DNA from: Oculina patagonica
Taxonomy: Eukaryota
DNA: 64,000 nt
Assembly (NCBI RefSeq): GCF_052425735.1
Contig: NC_135761.1
Coordinates: 18,910,001-18,974,000 of the forward strand
Direction: 5' to 3'
The number at the start of each line of letters is the position of its first letter. Position 1 is the stretch's first letter. The translations under genes were made by a program, and so were the position numbers. The notes under the pieces were generated by a model that saw nothing but the letters and a program-made list of their open reading frames with translations, was not told the origin of the DNA and made no database searches. This document shows, one piece after another, positions 26,416 through 38,667 of the stretch.

Positions 26416-29400
26416 CTTTTTGCTGTGAAGTAACCTTCATAAACAACTTCAGGACGTCCTTCGTGCTTGGTTTCTTGCTAGCTGGGGGCTCCTCTGATAA
26501 CCTTGAATAGTTAACATCTATAATGAAGAAAAAAGAGAAGTGACAGGCATTTGTATCCATATAAACCTACATGGAAGCGAGCGAGCACATAAACTGAAAT
26601 AAATTAACATAAGCTGAATGCAAACAAATTGCTCTGCAAAATCAGGCCAGCGCCTCCTTTCTGAAAGGTGAACGGACAAGTGACTCAAAATGAGGCCAGC
26701 GCCTCCTCCTGATGAGTGAATGGACAAGCGTCCCAAAAACAGGCCAGCGCCTCCTTCTGATGAGTGAATGGACAAGCGTCCCAAAGTCAGGCCAGCGCCT
26801 CCTTGCTGATAACGTCAATCAAATATTAACCAAACATAAATAGAAACTGCCCCAGCGGTATTGTAATCAGCGAAAACTTTATACAAACAGCTACCAATGT
26901 TGAAATGAAAGAATCTGCTCGAAGTAAAACAGTATTTCGCCGATGTTCCAGTACACTCTTGCTATAAAGACTATAAACAGCTTGCCATCTATTGCAAAAC
27001 GAGCAATTATTCTGAAAGTTTAGGAAAAAACGAGACGAGGTCCAGAACAGTACGATAAATGTGGCAATGGCCTTGCATGCATGTATACGAGCAGTGAATA
27101 CCTAGTGAATTAATAAATCCACTCCGTAAGTCCTGCATGGATTTCAAAAACTAAAGTGAAAACATACCTAGTTGTTGCCAAACTGACAAAGTAGACCACT
27201 ATATGGGATTCCCACCCATATTCAATGCTTGAAAACATGATGAGTTGTAATTAGTCAACCATTTATGTATACATGTAAATAATGCGACTTTATAATCCTC
27301 ACAACGAGCTCCGTACGGGAAACCATAGCATACAATTTGACACCGCTGTCAATAGGAGCTGAAAATTTTGGGCTATATAACATGTAAACTTCAACTTCGT
27401 GCTACTCGAATGTAATACTCTGCAAACGAACAACTATCTAAAACCAACTTAACATAAGAGCCTTGCTGAAATGACAAAAACTTTTCCAGACAAGTCATAC
27501 CACAAACGTGTATACATGCACCCAGTTATCATTATGGCGCACTTGTTCACTGTTACCTAAATGGACGCCACATTTTGTGGCACTAGCATCTGAGCTAACA
27601 ATACAATAAGACGGGCCAATCCATAATGACTTTTCAAATTCATCCTGTCCAGTCCACTTCAATACTCAACATGTTTTCTTAGAGAATAAATTGGGCCAAA
27701 GTAAACGTCTAGTGAAATCGTAATCCTGCGCAGCCTCAATGTCCTTGTTGTAATAACTGGTCATAATTCGGGAAATGTCCTCAAATACTACACCAATGGA
27801 AACAAATTTCCCCCAAGCCAGGCTAAACAATTCCCCATAAACTTTTTTTTTCTGAAACAATTATGAAGACATACAGAAATGCAAAGTAAAAATAACCGTC
27901 TATCCGAAATAGGAATTGTTCTATAGATAGTGTTCTGTACTATACCATTCGAAAATTAACAAGGGTCCACTAAAACTTCCCGCCATAGCTAAAAAATAAA
28001 TCTGAACTTCCGTAAACTGGATCTAAGACTGCACAAGAGTAATAATCAATATGGATCAACTTCTCCTCGTCCAGGAATAGAACAATGTTGACCCCCTTAA
28101 AATCCTTCAATATTCAGTTCGAGCGACTTGAGGCATGGAATAAAGATCCAACCCAAATGGAAATACAGTAAACAGAAAAACACCTAAACTAAGCGTCGCC
28201 TAACGAAAAGCAAGCGAAAACCTAACAATATAAATGTACGATGATCAGGGTGTGAATATAGGTGATAGGTAATAGCCACTTAGACCAAACAAAACCATAA
28301 ATACTCCCTTATAGAATAGGGCAAAGTGATATTCCCGTTTACGCACTAAATCCTTGTTCATAAAAATGTTTATCTCTTCTTCCATAGGGTTAATTCGAAA
28401 CACTAAAGGGTAAACCATATAAGAAGGAGCCTTAACTTCTGCCAACCCGGTAAAATGTAAAGGCACTAAATAGCTTATCTACAAATACAGAATGATGCAA
28501 AGATAACACATAGCTTTTGAAAAATTTCTGAGGGAATCTTCTTGAAAGGAAGACGAAAACCATCTAAAACAACTGATACAATAATCTCTGAGACGCCTAA
28601 AAATAACAGAAATGAATATTTCTTCCCAGACTGCCCTTTAATAACTTGCAACACACCTGGTCTAGTAGAAACTTCACGCTCATATCTGATTTTTGTGTTA
28701 CCTCATTCAATTCGTCAAACAGATCGACATTACCAATATCATTTCGATGCCCCATCATTGCGTGCTCCTGATGCCGGCGGGCTTAGTGGAAGCGGCGCTG
28801 CTCCAGTAATTAATGGGAAGTTCAACTACTTTAGTTTTACTGCAGTCTGCAAAAGTTTCCGAACCTGCAGTCCTTAGCCCACTGTCCGCCGTTTGAAATA
28901 AAAATTAACACCTGCAACACATTCTGTTCGGACAAAAAAACATGTATAAAATTGACAAGCAATCAATAAGACAAGATAACAAAAACGAAATGGGCGGGCG
29001 GGCGGGCTGGTTTACAACTTCAATGTCAGCATGGAATGCGAAAGCGAGAGGACTGAACAACTCTGAACAGTCTATAAATACCTTATCAAACCAATCAGAG
29101 ATACCCAAGGGGCACGCCCAAGCGGCGTGTCATACACAGCGAAATAAATAACCAAAAACCTGTTAATGAACTGTATTGACTGCATACCAGTAGAAAATAC
29201 ATTTACGTTCTAATTCGCTACGCTCAAACGAACGTAAATTATTTTCTTCTTCAATACTGCAAAAAATACACACCAAGGGAATGATGGTTGGATGCTCAGG
29301 CAATCCAACCTACGCGAGACATCACAAAGTAAAAAATATAAGATCTTACCGCGAGAAGGCTAAATTGCTAGTTGGTTAGAACCTCTTGAGAATACTGCGA

Positions 29401-30018
29401 AATTAGCGTCCGAATCCGCCTTCTTCTTTTCGGCTGACAGTCAATTCTCTTTGCATCTTCTGACAAGCAAGCTCGTCCGACTCGTATACATGTAGAGCCA
29501 ACAACTCGTCTTTGCTTCTATCCGCGAGATTTATCGCCTTCTGCCGCGTCGTTGTGAGCTGTCCTCCTTCCGTTACCAGCTTGCAGACTTCTGACGGTTT
29601 ATCCAGGCTGATCTCTAGCTGAGCGAACGTTCAACTCAAACAGCTTATAATTACTATGAATTTAAACTACAATGCTTCAATGTCGATTTTCGACTTTCCT
29701 CCGAATTCTAATTGACTATCCGAACTAGGACGACAGGTAATTCTTGAACAGGGAGGACACTTAATTGACTAACTCTGGATTTGAAGACTCTTGCTGCAAC
29801 CATAGGATTACTCAAAACTTCGGATTTACAACTTCAATGTCAGCATGGAATGCGAAAGCGAGAGGACTGAACAACTCTGAACAGTCTATAAATACCTTAT
29901 CAAACCAATCAGAGATACCCAAGGGGCACGCCCAAGCGGCGTGTCATACACAGCGAAATAAATAACCAAAAACCTGTTAATGAACTGTATTGACTGCATA
30001 CCAGTAGAAAATACATTT
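25534..30018 (-). mobile_element. ~4.5 kb insertion containing a DIRS/Ngaro-like (tyrosine-recombinase retroelement) remnant
   Basis: Absent from paralogous sites (~44765, ~45970); no TSD, ~45 bp of flank lost; two identical 194-bp direct repeats (29011-29204, 29825-30018) flank a decayed minus-strand frame RQKAINLADRSKD...YESDELA / SEDAKRI resembling the gag-like ORF1 of animal DIRS/Ngaro elements (recognised from memory, not searched). Confidence 0.65.
26643..26810 (+). repeat. Minisatellite, ~3.5 copies of 48-49 bp
   Basis: aggccagcgcctcct...gtgaatggacaag starts at 26644, 26693, 26741, 26789. Confidence 0.9.
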
Positions 30019-30710
30019 TTCATAACTTCAGTTAAACATGGATAATCTTTTGACTGTAAGTTGCGTTACGAAAATTGAGCAGAAAATATTCGGTCCTCTT
30101 TTTGGTTTGTCTTGCGTTAAAAAAATAAATTGGTATAGTATCTCAAATAAGAGAAGAAAATTATTCAGTCAAAGGATCGTCAAGGTCATCAACTAATGCA
30201 ACACCTCAGCATTAGGTAACTTACGAATAGAAGACTGCATTTCATTGATCAAATGGGTAACAAAAAAAGTTGTTCTGGCCAATTACATTCCCTGTAAGAA
30301 AAAAAAATAATCTTAATATAGCTGTTAAATTAGTATTCACAAACTTGTTTTATCGCGAGTCGTTCGACTCGAGGTTATACAGCGACGAGGCAAGAGTGGC
30401 AAAAAATATCAAAAAAAAATATCAAATAACTCTTTATTGAGCACCATGACTGCGCTCAAGACCTCTTCTGTGGGGAAGACAAATATTGAATATTATGCGA
30501 TCAGATTTTCTGTCTCTAAAATGCAAAAACTGGTGTCGTAGATTTTGAAATACAAATGGTTTTTGTTACAGGATTGCCTCTTGCCATCATTGCAGACGGT
30601 CTTTAATTTCTAATGATAACAATAAAATAAATGACTTCATTTAACAATCGGCGCGGTGGATTTGATCTTAAATCTTTCTACCTTTTTCCACAGAAAATCG
30701 TAAAGAAGAA

Positions 30711-32193
30711 ATGGCCCTTCTTATGAGTAAAGTCTCTGTGGTTTCCATGGTGTATGTGATGTCATGCTTTGCCATCTATTGTGCTGCGGAGGGCAACAAA
30801 ACCACAAAACAACCGTCCTCAAATATGGTATGCTGTTTGTTTAACTTGAAACCATACAGCGGCTAGGAGGAAGATTGAACTAAGCAGCTGTTAAGAACCA
30901 TATATTTGCTCGTCAAGTTGCCTAACTACATAACCTGACCTAATAATTGTATTGTGCAAAACAGTGTGCAGCATTGTGATGTTAATAGTTATGAACTATT
31001 CTGCTTGAATCCAAAAAACTTAAAAGTGAAAAAACGCAGCTACATAGGCATCTTAACAGAAGGCATGGAAAAGTCGACAGCCTTTGATTTTTGGCGTGGA
31101 AAAGTAATGGATAAAATATGCATTAAATCTAATCAGCAAACATGCAAAACTCGTATCTTCACCTGACGTTGCCAAGAGATTTGTCTTTACTGACTTTCTC
31201 ATTAATAACTCATGACTCGTTTCTTATTCCAACCCAGCAACCTCCTTCTTTCTGTTATGGTGGTGTCCCTGGTATTCACGGCAGACCTGGGTTCCCTGGA
31301 GTACCAGGCCCTGCAGGTTTACACGGAAAGTCTGGGTCTCCTGGGGCACCAGGCCGTGATGGCCGTGATGGCCGTGAAGGAGCCAAAGGTGATCAGGGTA
31401 GCCCAGGGAAGACCGGACCCCAGGGATCTCTAGGTCCCAAAGGAATTCATGGTGCCAAAGGAACACCTGGTGTGCAGGGTCCTCCCGGTCAAAAGGGGCA
31501 GCGTGGAGACAGTGGAACGAGTGGAATCCCTGGAACTCCTGGTGCGATGTCTTATAAGAACTGGAAAGAGTGCGCATGGAAAGACTTGAATGACGGCAAA
31601 GACAACGGTCTGATCAAGGTAAATTTTTCAAAGGTTTATATGTTTATCCAAAAACATTTGTTTGAATGTGCTATATAAATTAAGGAAAAAGATTGATATG
31701 AGGTGAGAAAATTCTCACAAAGCTCGGACAAAACTGAAAATGAACTTTTCAAACCCAAACAACAAAACGCTCCTTCTAACTATTTCAGATTCTAGTAAAC
31801 TGAATTTTTGAATTATCTTGTATCATAATTTTTACACAGGACTGTGTGTTCACCAAGAACTTCTCTGACACAGCCCTCCATGTTTACTGGACTGGTGTCC
31901 TGAGAATCAGCAACTGTGACAGTTGCTGCAAACGCTGGTATTTCACTTTCAACGGTGCTGAATGTGCAGCTCCCCTGCCAATTGACGGTGTTGTGTACAT
32001 GTGGAAAGGAAGTGGTAAAAATCCTCACCGAGTCCGCCATATTGAGGGGCACTGTAACAACATCAACAAAGGCAAGGTGCGCGTGGGATTCTGGGTTGGT
32101 GACTGTGAGCAAGGTGCAAAGGCTGACGCTTACACAGGCTGGCGTTCAGTATCCCGGATCTTTGTTGAAGAAGTTCCTAAACCTCAGGCTTAG
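30711..32193 (+). CDS. CTHRC1: G3 (B-type): CTHRC1-like protein, ~283 aa; coding exons 30711-30827, 31238-31618, 31840-32193
   Basis: Signal exon MALLMSKVSVVSMVYVMSCFAIYCAA ends ATG|GTATGC; 32 uninterrupted Gly-X-Y triplets; complete CTHRC1 domain; canonical splice sites. Confidence 0.92.
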
Positions 32194-33305
32194 ATCCGAG
32201 ACAGAACATCCATTCCTGCATAAACGCTTATAATGGGACAATGATTAGTTGCTTAATTATATAACGAGTGGTTTGTATGCTTACTTGGTGTGCTTTGTAA
32301 TTGTTTCACATTTGCAGCTGTTGTTAATAAAAAGCAGGAAAATTGACAACTAGAAGGAACGGTTTCTTTTTTATTTGTTTGTTTGTTTTCTTCTTTTTCT
32401 TTCTTTCTTTTCTGTTGCAACTGACTCCAGAAAGCGATGCAATATTTTGTATACGATGTAAGCAAAGAACTGTCAGAAAAAAATACATAATTAGAGAACT
32501 AGCCATGGCCAGGAAGAATTGAACACAAACAAAATGCTCAGATCAATTCAATTTTACAATAACAATTTAGTTCTCTGGCGACAAACAAAACAAACAGGTA
32601 CGAGATTTATAAACGGCGTGAATATTCAAGTGACCACAAAGCCAACTAACACTCAACTTTTGTCCCAAGCGAAATCTCAAACATGCAAAAGAACAAAGCT
32701 GCTTCGTTGTTTTCAAGCGTCACCAAACCAGCAGTACTACTAAGAGAATTTCACAAAATGGAGGTTCTTACATGTAAATAAGGTCTCCTGCTAATCATTT
32801 TTACTTGGAACGACGCGATTAAAATAAATTTAGACCCTGACTAATGTTTTCCTAGAACATGTAAATTCTGCTGAACACCGCCTCTTCAAAACAACTTCGC
32901 CAGTTTATTTGCCAATTTTTTTTGCAACTGAATGTGGGAAAAAATTTGCCCAACCTACAGTGCTTCTAAATACTTCCCATTCAAGGATTTTGGCTTCCAC
33001 GTTACACAGACTATTCCTTGACCGTAAATTTGTATTTATGAAAAAGATACTGCAAAGAAACTGTAAACTACACATCAGTGCGCTGTTTAAAATAGTTGGA
33101 GCTACAAGCTCTAAACATTTTCGTGATCGCAAAAATTAAAAACTGAAGGAGCCTTAAAGTTACGAGTTTTCCATAAGAGAGATTAACGTTTCAGGATTGT
33201 TGTTAATTTTTACTAATAAGACGGGCTTTTTTCGTATATATGACAATTAGCTCCGATTTTCATATTATAAAAACTTGCTTTTTACTAATTCCTTGTGACT
33301 TTTCC

Positions 33306-33341
33306 CTGATGAAGGCTGAAGTTTTAGCCGAAACGCTGGGG
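33306..33341 (+). ncRNA. Degenerate minimal hammerhead ribozyme motif (Penelope-type relic)
   Basis: CTGATGA-A-GGCTGAAGTTTTAGCC-GAAAC with a paired stem II and short CC/GG stem I, but GCT instead of GTH at the cleavage site. Confidence 0.5.
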
Positions 33342-33415
33342 CATTCTACGAAATTTTTAGAACGTTTGGAACATTTTTAAACCAGAAAAACGTTTTTACT
33401 TTCAATCATGATATG

Positions 33416-33612
33416 GCGGTGTCTGGCATTTGCAGAATGCAGAATGCAGAATGTAGAATTTTTGAAAGCTAACCGTAAACAGGCTAACCGAAGTTCTATT
33501 CAGGCTAGCCGAAGTGAATAGAAGGCTAACCGGAGGGTGTAGTAGGCTAACCAAAGTAAAAAGTCTGCAGTCTGCATTCTGCATTTTGCAGTCTGCAAAT
33601 GTCAGACACCGC
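33416..33612. mobile_element. Palindromic MITE with internal short repeats
   Basis: gcggtgtctggcatttgcaga / tctgcaaatgtcagacaccgc ends; (GCAGAAT)n arms; internal aggctaaccg repeats. Lies at the unit 1/unit 2 junction. Confidence 0.75.
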
Positions 33613-34020
33613 GAATATGGCACTGCCGTTTTATGCATTATCTAGATCCTTTTTCACAGGCTATGAGCTCATGTAAAAATAGGTACCGTTTTGCTGTCTA
33701 GGTCGCTAAAATCACCCCCGCGAAATTTTAACACGACCAAGCTTTAATTTTTTAAAACCTTAAAGGACTTGATAAACTGACGGACCATAAATTCATTAAT
33801 AATTTATTTTCCTGACGTTATGCAACTTATTTTATTGGACGAAATCCAAATGTGTAACTCTTGGCATGACTTACAAATCCTAAAGCGCAAAACAATTTGA
33901 TTTTACAGCTCATCCGACTACAAACGCCTTTTTTTTTCTGGGATTCCCTACTAGACCTAGTCCTTTAGGCTGCGCTGTAGACCGAGTGCATAGCACGAGC
34001 ATGGTCCTGGGAATGTGTTG

Positions 34021-34234
34021 TGACGTAATGTATGTGTAATCGTGACGTCACGAGTTAGTATGAAGAGATCTGGATGCTAGGCAAATGGCCTCATTAGATT
34101 GCGTTTCACTGTTGTTAAACAGTGCTAAATTGTCAAAAGGTGTGATTTTTCGAGTTCGAGCTTTTTTACAAAACTGCTTCGTCAACGGACAAAACGATGC
34201 GGGGAGAAAGGAGGACAAAGATGCGAAGGTAAGT
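34021..34234 (+). promoter_or_regulatory. Candidate A-type promoter / non-coding first exon: paired bZIP sites followed by a splice donor
   Basis: TGACGTAA (34021) + TGACGTCA (34043), AAG|GTAAGT at 34229. Same arrangement at 12480/12502/12688 and 56094/56110/56308. Confidence 0.35.
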
Positions 34235-35670
34235 TGAAAATTTAATTTTCTAAAACGAAAAAGAGGCACAAGACCTCAAGTCAGGATTGCAACGTGTACA
34301 CTGATGACTCTCATTTTGCGCTACTGAAATAATGTCGTGTTTGGTTAAACGACCAAGATATTAGAGTAGAAAAATGGGCCAAATAAAACACGGACAAAAC
34401 GAACTGCAACAAGTGAATTATAGCCGACATTCTAGTTACCCTGGCGCTTTATTCTTTGCCTGATCACAACCCTTTCCCTTCACAGACTTCACATATAAGC
34501 GCGATTAAAAGAAAGCAATTAGCACTCGGCGAAAGTAACGATTTCATGATTACCGGCAAGAAGAGAGTTGAAATGTTTGCAGTGGGGAAATGTTTAGCCT
34601 ATGCTCTGTGTTATTTAATTTTGTGTAATTTTGAATGCATTTGAAAGGGAAAAAAAAAACAGATTAAAGCTTATTTAGCTTCTCGCAATTCAAGAGTTTA
34701 CCGGGTTTATATAATATATGATTCTGGCGTAATCAATAAATATATGCCGATTTTCACAACAAAAAGTAATCTACCAAAAGGTAATCGAGTTAGGAATTTT
34801 CGTGAAAGATTAACAACGATACCGAGTTAGTGCTGCAGAATATAAACTGAATCGAAGGGTGTTTTTCCCATCGCAATGCATTCCTTTCCAAACCTTTCAC
34901 AGCAGAGTTCAACTTTTAAGAGATACAACATGTCGAGAACAGCCTTGTACATGTGTAACCATCTTTTATTAAAAACTAGAAATCGTAATTGGAGCCAAGT
35001 CAATGTGATTTTTGCTGGTTATGTTCGTTGGTAAATTTTCGTTGATAATGGCTGATATTTGTATAGATATTGGACGAAAGACGTTGTACACAGTAATTTT
35101 CGCCACGAGGGTGATAAGTCAGTACATAAATGGCAAACACGCGTCGCTTGGAGATGGCCAATAAACTCGATAATTGAATCCAGGATCAACATCATTCCGC
35201 CTTATAGAGGGACGGAGGTTAACCAGGCGATAAAACTGGGTGACTGAGTTATTTTCTGATGTTTCGTTGGAACTGGATATTTGCATAACTTTGGTCCCTT
35301 CTCGATTTCAATTATGTACTTTAACATATCGCAGGGTTGCAGAAGAAGAAATTTTAGATCAATCGGAGTATGGAGTCGCCGGCAATACGAAGCCTGTAGT
35401 GATCGATTTGCCAGAGTACTGAAGTCATTCGATTTCTTTCGGAAAAGGAAACGTTATACAAAAAGTTAAGAAAAAATAAAATAAACATTGTAACAGTTTA
35501 CTACGTTAAATTATGGAAAAAACACGTACAATTGTATCTGATGACAGGTTTATAAATGCAAATATATTAGAAAAACCTTTAGAAACCAAACAAACCCGTG
35601 GGGCTGAACAATCATCAGCAAAGCCAAAGATTCAACATGTCTTGAAATGTCAATTCTTTTATAAAGTGTA

Positions 35671-36197
35671 TTATTATAGGAAATTAACGCTTCATGAAAT
35701 TAACTCGAATTTCAAAAATTCGCGTTAATTTTAGTCGCGTTAATTTTTGTTTGCGTTAATTTCCGCACCCTTAATTTAGTAGAGCGTTAATTTCCATGAC
35801 CTTAATTTCCATTATTTTGCCCCAATTTCTTGATACAAGCCAGACGCTCTCGACTCTTAGGAAAAAGCATTAATTTGTCAGGGTGTGAATCTGTCGGTAT
35901 CACTTAAACTTTGAAAAACGCTAGAAATGGTCCTACGTTTAAGTTTAGTACCACGAACATTGTTTCCGTTTAAGATTATACGCCTAGTGTTGAAATAACT
36001 TGTTCCTGTTTAATTTTATCGACAAGCAAACGTTTCTTTGCGTACGTCGCGTTAATTTCCTTCATTTTGAAATTTACCCCCTGTTTCGCGTTAATTTCCT
36101 TTACTGGGAAATACTTTTTCCTTCAACTCGCGTTAATTTAAGTCGCGTTAATTTCAAACACATTAATTAACACAAGCGTTAATTTCCTATAATAAGG
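35671..36197. mobile_element. MITE (TA-flanked), copy 1
   Basis: TIR ttattataggaaattaacgc / gcgttaatttcctataataagg; many GCGTTAATTT motifs; absent from the paralogous site near 14056. Confidence 0.85.
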
Positions 36198-38157
36198 TAA
36201 TCATATATATCAACTTTACGGCACTTTATGACGAGCCCCTTTTTAAGGCAGAGGTACCCTTATGACATTAAGCAAAGTTAAGAACGAGTTGAATGAGAAT
36301 TTTATATTTGGCTTTTGACAAACAAGTCAAATTCGTCTGTGTTGACAAGCGTGGCAAAACAAGAGCTCTTAAATCAAATCTTCAGAAAAAAAACTAATTA
36401 GTTACTTTGAAGTTTACAACTATATATACTTTGTAAAAAAATAATTTTATTTTTGTTGTGATTAAAGAAAGTTTTTTTTTTTAAACCGCGTGATCTCGGA
36501 TTTGGGCGATAAAGAGAGGAGCTAAAACGAGATTCCTCTAGTTATTTTTAGATTATTCAGTAATTCGTCCCAAACCACGATCGTTTATTTTCTGCTAAAT
36601 TGTAATCGTTCGGCTATGCTACAGCCAAGTTTCAAGTTTCGTTACTCTCCCTTATTCTTATTATCAAAACCATCTCAGTAACTCGTAAAAAAAAATTGGC
36701 GTACGTTAACTGTGCATGCTTATAGCTATAGTTACCAAGGATTTTATATTGCGACGTTTTACTGAATATTTGCATACTGATGGGACTATATCTTCCGTGT
36801 TGTGCAACTCGACTAAATCCCAAGCCAAGTTTATGGAATTTTTATTTTTAGCACTATCAAGATCAGGCTATCAAAAAAAACAGAGGGAATTGCAGCTGCA
36901 GTAATTCTCAGAAGCTTTCAGAGTAATAACGCTTTAGAGTGACGAAAACTCGAGTCTACACTGTAAATAAGGGACAGGCATTACCAAGAAAAAAAATTTC
37001 ACGTGGCGCCTCTACAAAAATTGCCTTTACAATGAAGCACATCTCTCAAACAAACTCTGCAGACGCGAGGACAGAGCTTACTCAAAACCGATTATTTCTG
37101 TCTCTAACTAACAAAAAGTTCGAGTGAAAAATTAAAAAAAAAGAAATACGACCTTAACGCGCACTAATATTACCAAAAACTGTACCAAATCCAGTTATGC
37201 CATCTAGCATTCTACTTACAATAGTTCTAAATAAATTGTTGAGACTTTTCCGCAAAAACGACGAAAAGAATGACAAATAGAAGAATTTTGCGATGAAATA
37301 AAGTCTTCTAAATCTTGCCGAGCATGTTCCAGAGGCAGGAACAGACCGAAAATATTTGAAAAAAAAAAGAGTCCAAAAAAAATCTAAATGGAAGTATTCC
37401 CCGGTCACAAGGTGGAGATCGAAGGACTTCTAAAATAAACCACAGAAAGACACAACAAGAAGCGAACGCTGCAATCGATAATTATTAGTATAGGCATCCG
37501 TCCGACAAGTCCAATATATTTAGCGCGCTGTAAAGGTCAATGGTCGGAGCTTATTCGCTGTCAAGAGAATGATCAAGGGCAGTACCCACTGAGAAAGTTT
37601 TTGTGCGCAAAAGGGCATCAACCATTTCAGCGATACGAAATTAGAGTTTAACACCGGATAGTCCACTCAAATGAATATTTGTACTAATCGTGAGATGCAA
37701 TTTCTATAATACAGTCCATGCAGTCGTCTTTAGCGAACCAGAGTTACATTACGACAAGGGAACAGATTTCCAGTTCGCAGTGATATAAGCCAAATTCCGG
37801 CTGCAGTCAATCTCAGAAGCTCTCAGACGAAGCTCGCTTTTCAATAACGAACGAAAACTCTATAGTCTATACAGCGTGAATAGCCGAGGATTGGCGACCT
37901 ATTTCGAATTCTGCGGGACGGGCATTACAATAAATGTTTTGCTTGGTGCCTCTACAATTATTCGTCACTGCCCGACATTTTCGAGCAGGAAGTTGAGAAG
38001 AAAAATAAAATTAACGACCTTTACGCGAAAGAACATCACCAAACACTAACATGATTTAGTTCTTCCATCGATGTCCACTTACAATAGGTCTAGATAAATT
38101 TTGGGAATTGCCTGCAAGAACGTCGGAAGGAATGGCAAATGTGAGTTATTTTAGCTT

Positions 38158-38667
38158 CTTATTATAGGAAATAAACGCTTGTGTAAATTAAAGTATTTGA
38201 AATTAACGCGACTCAAATTAACGCGAATTGAAGGAAAAATTACTTCCCAATAAAGGAAATTAACGCGAAAGAGAGAGTAATTTCAAAATGAAGGAAATTA
38301 ACGCGGCGAACACAATGAAAACACTTGTTAAGACAACTGGAACAAGTCTATTTCAACACTAGGCGTATAATCCTAAACGTAGGGGGTTAAGAAAAGGAAT
38401 TTGACCGCCTTGAGCGTTCTTCACAGTTTCAGTGATACCGACAGATTTCCATCCTGATGAAATAATGCCTTTTCCGAGGAGTCAAGAACGTCTAGACTGT
38501 ATCGAGAAATTGGTGCGAAAATAATGGAAATTAAGGTCATGGAAATTAACGCTCCACTTTATTAACGGCGCGGAAATTAACGTTAATATATATTATCGCG
38601 ACTTAAATTAACGCGAATTTTTGAAATTCGCGTTAATTTCATGAAGCGTTAATTTCCTATAATAAGG
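38158..38667. mobile_element. Same MITE family, copy 2, inverted relative to copy 1
   Basis: Same TIRs; interior is the diverged reverse complement of 35671-36197; absent near 16160. Confidence 0.85.

Larger units (their letters stand above)
12260..32340 (+). repeat. Segmental duplication unit 1 (A-type G2 + B-type G3 with intergenic DNA)
   Basis: Collinear non-coding homology with 33800-48680, e.g. 12260~33800, 13440~35090, 17980~40255, 22060~42110, 23000~43060, 30020~46020. Boundaries approximate. Confidence 0.85.

Noticed and set aside
26643-26810. 48-bp repeats as a CRISPR array or tandem hammerheads (contain CTGATGA)
   Set aside because: No unique spacers, no cas genes, eukaryotic context; no GAAA core or stems after CTGATGA.
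29011-30018. LTR retrotransposon or TRIM
   Set aside because: Repeats lack TG...CA ends, PBS/PPT and TSD; internal peptide resembles YR-element gag instead.
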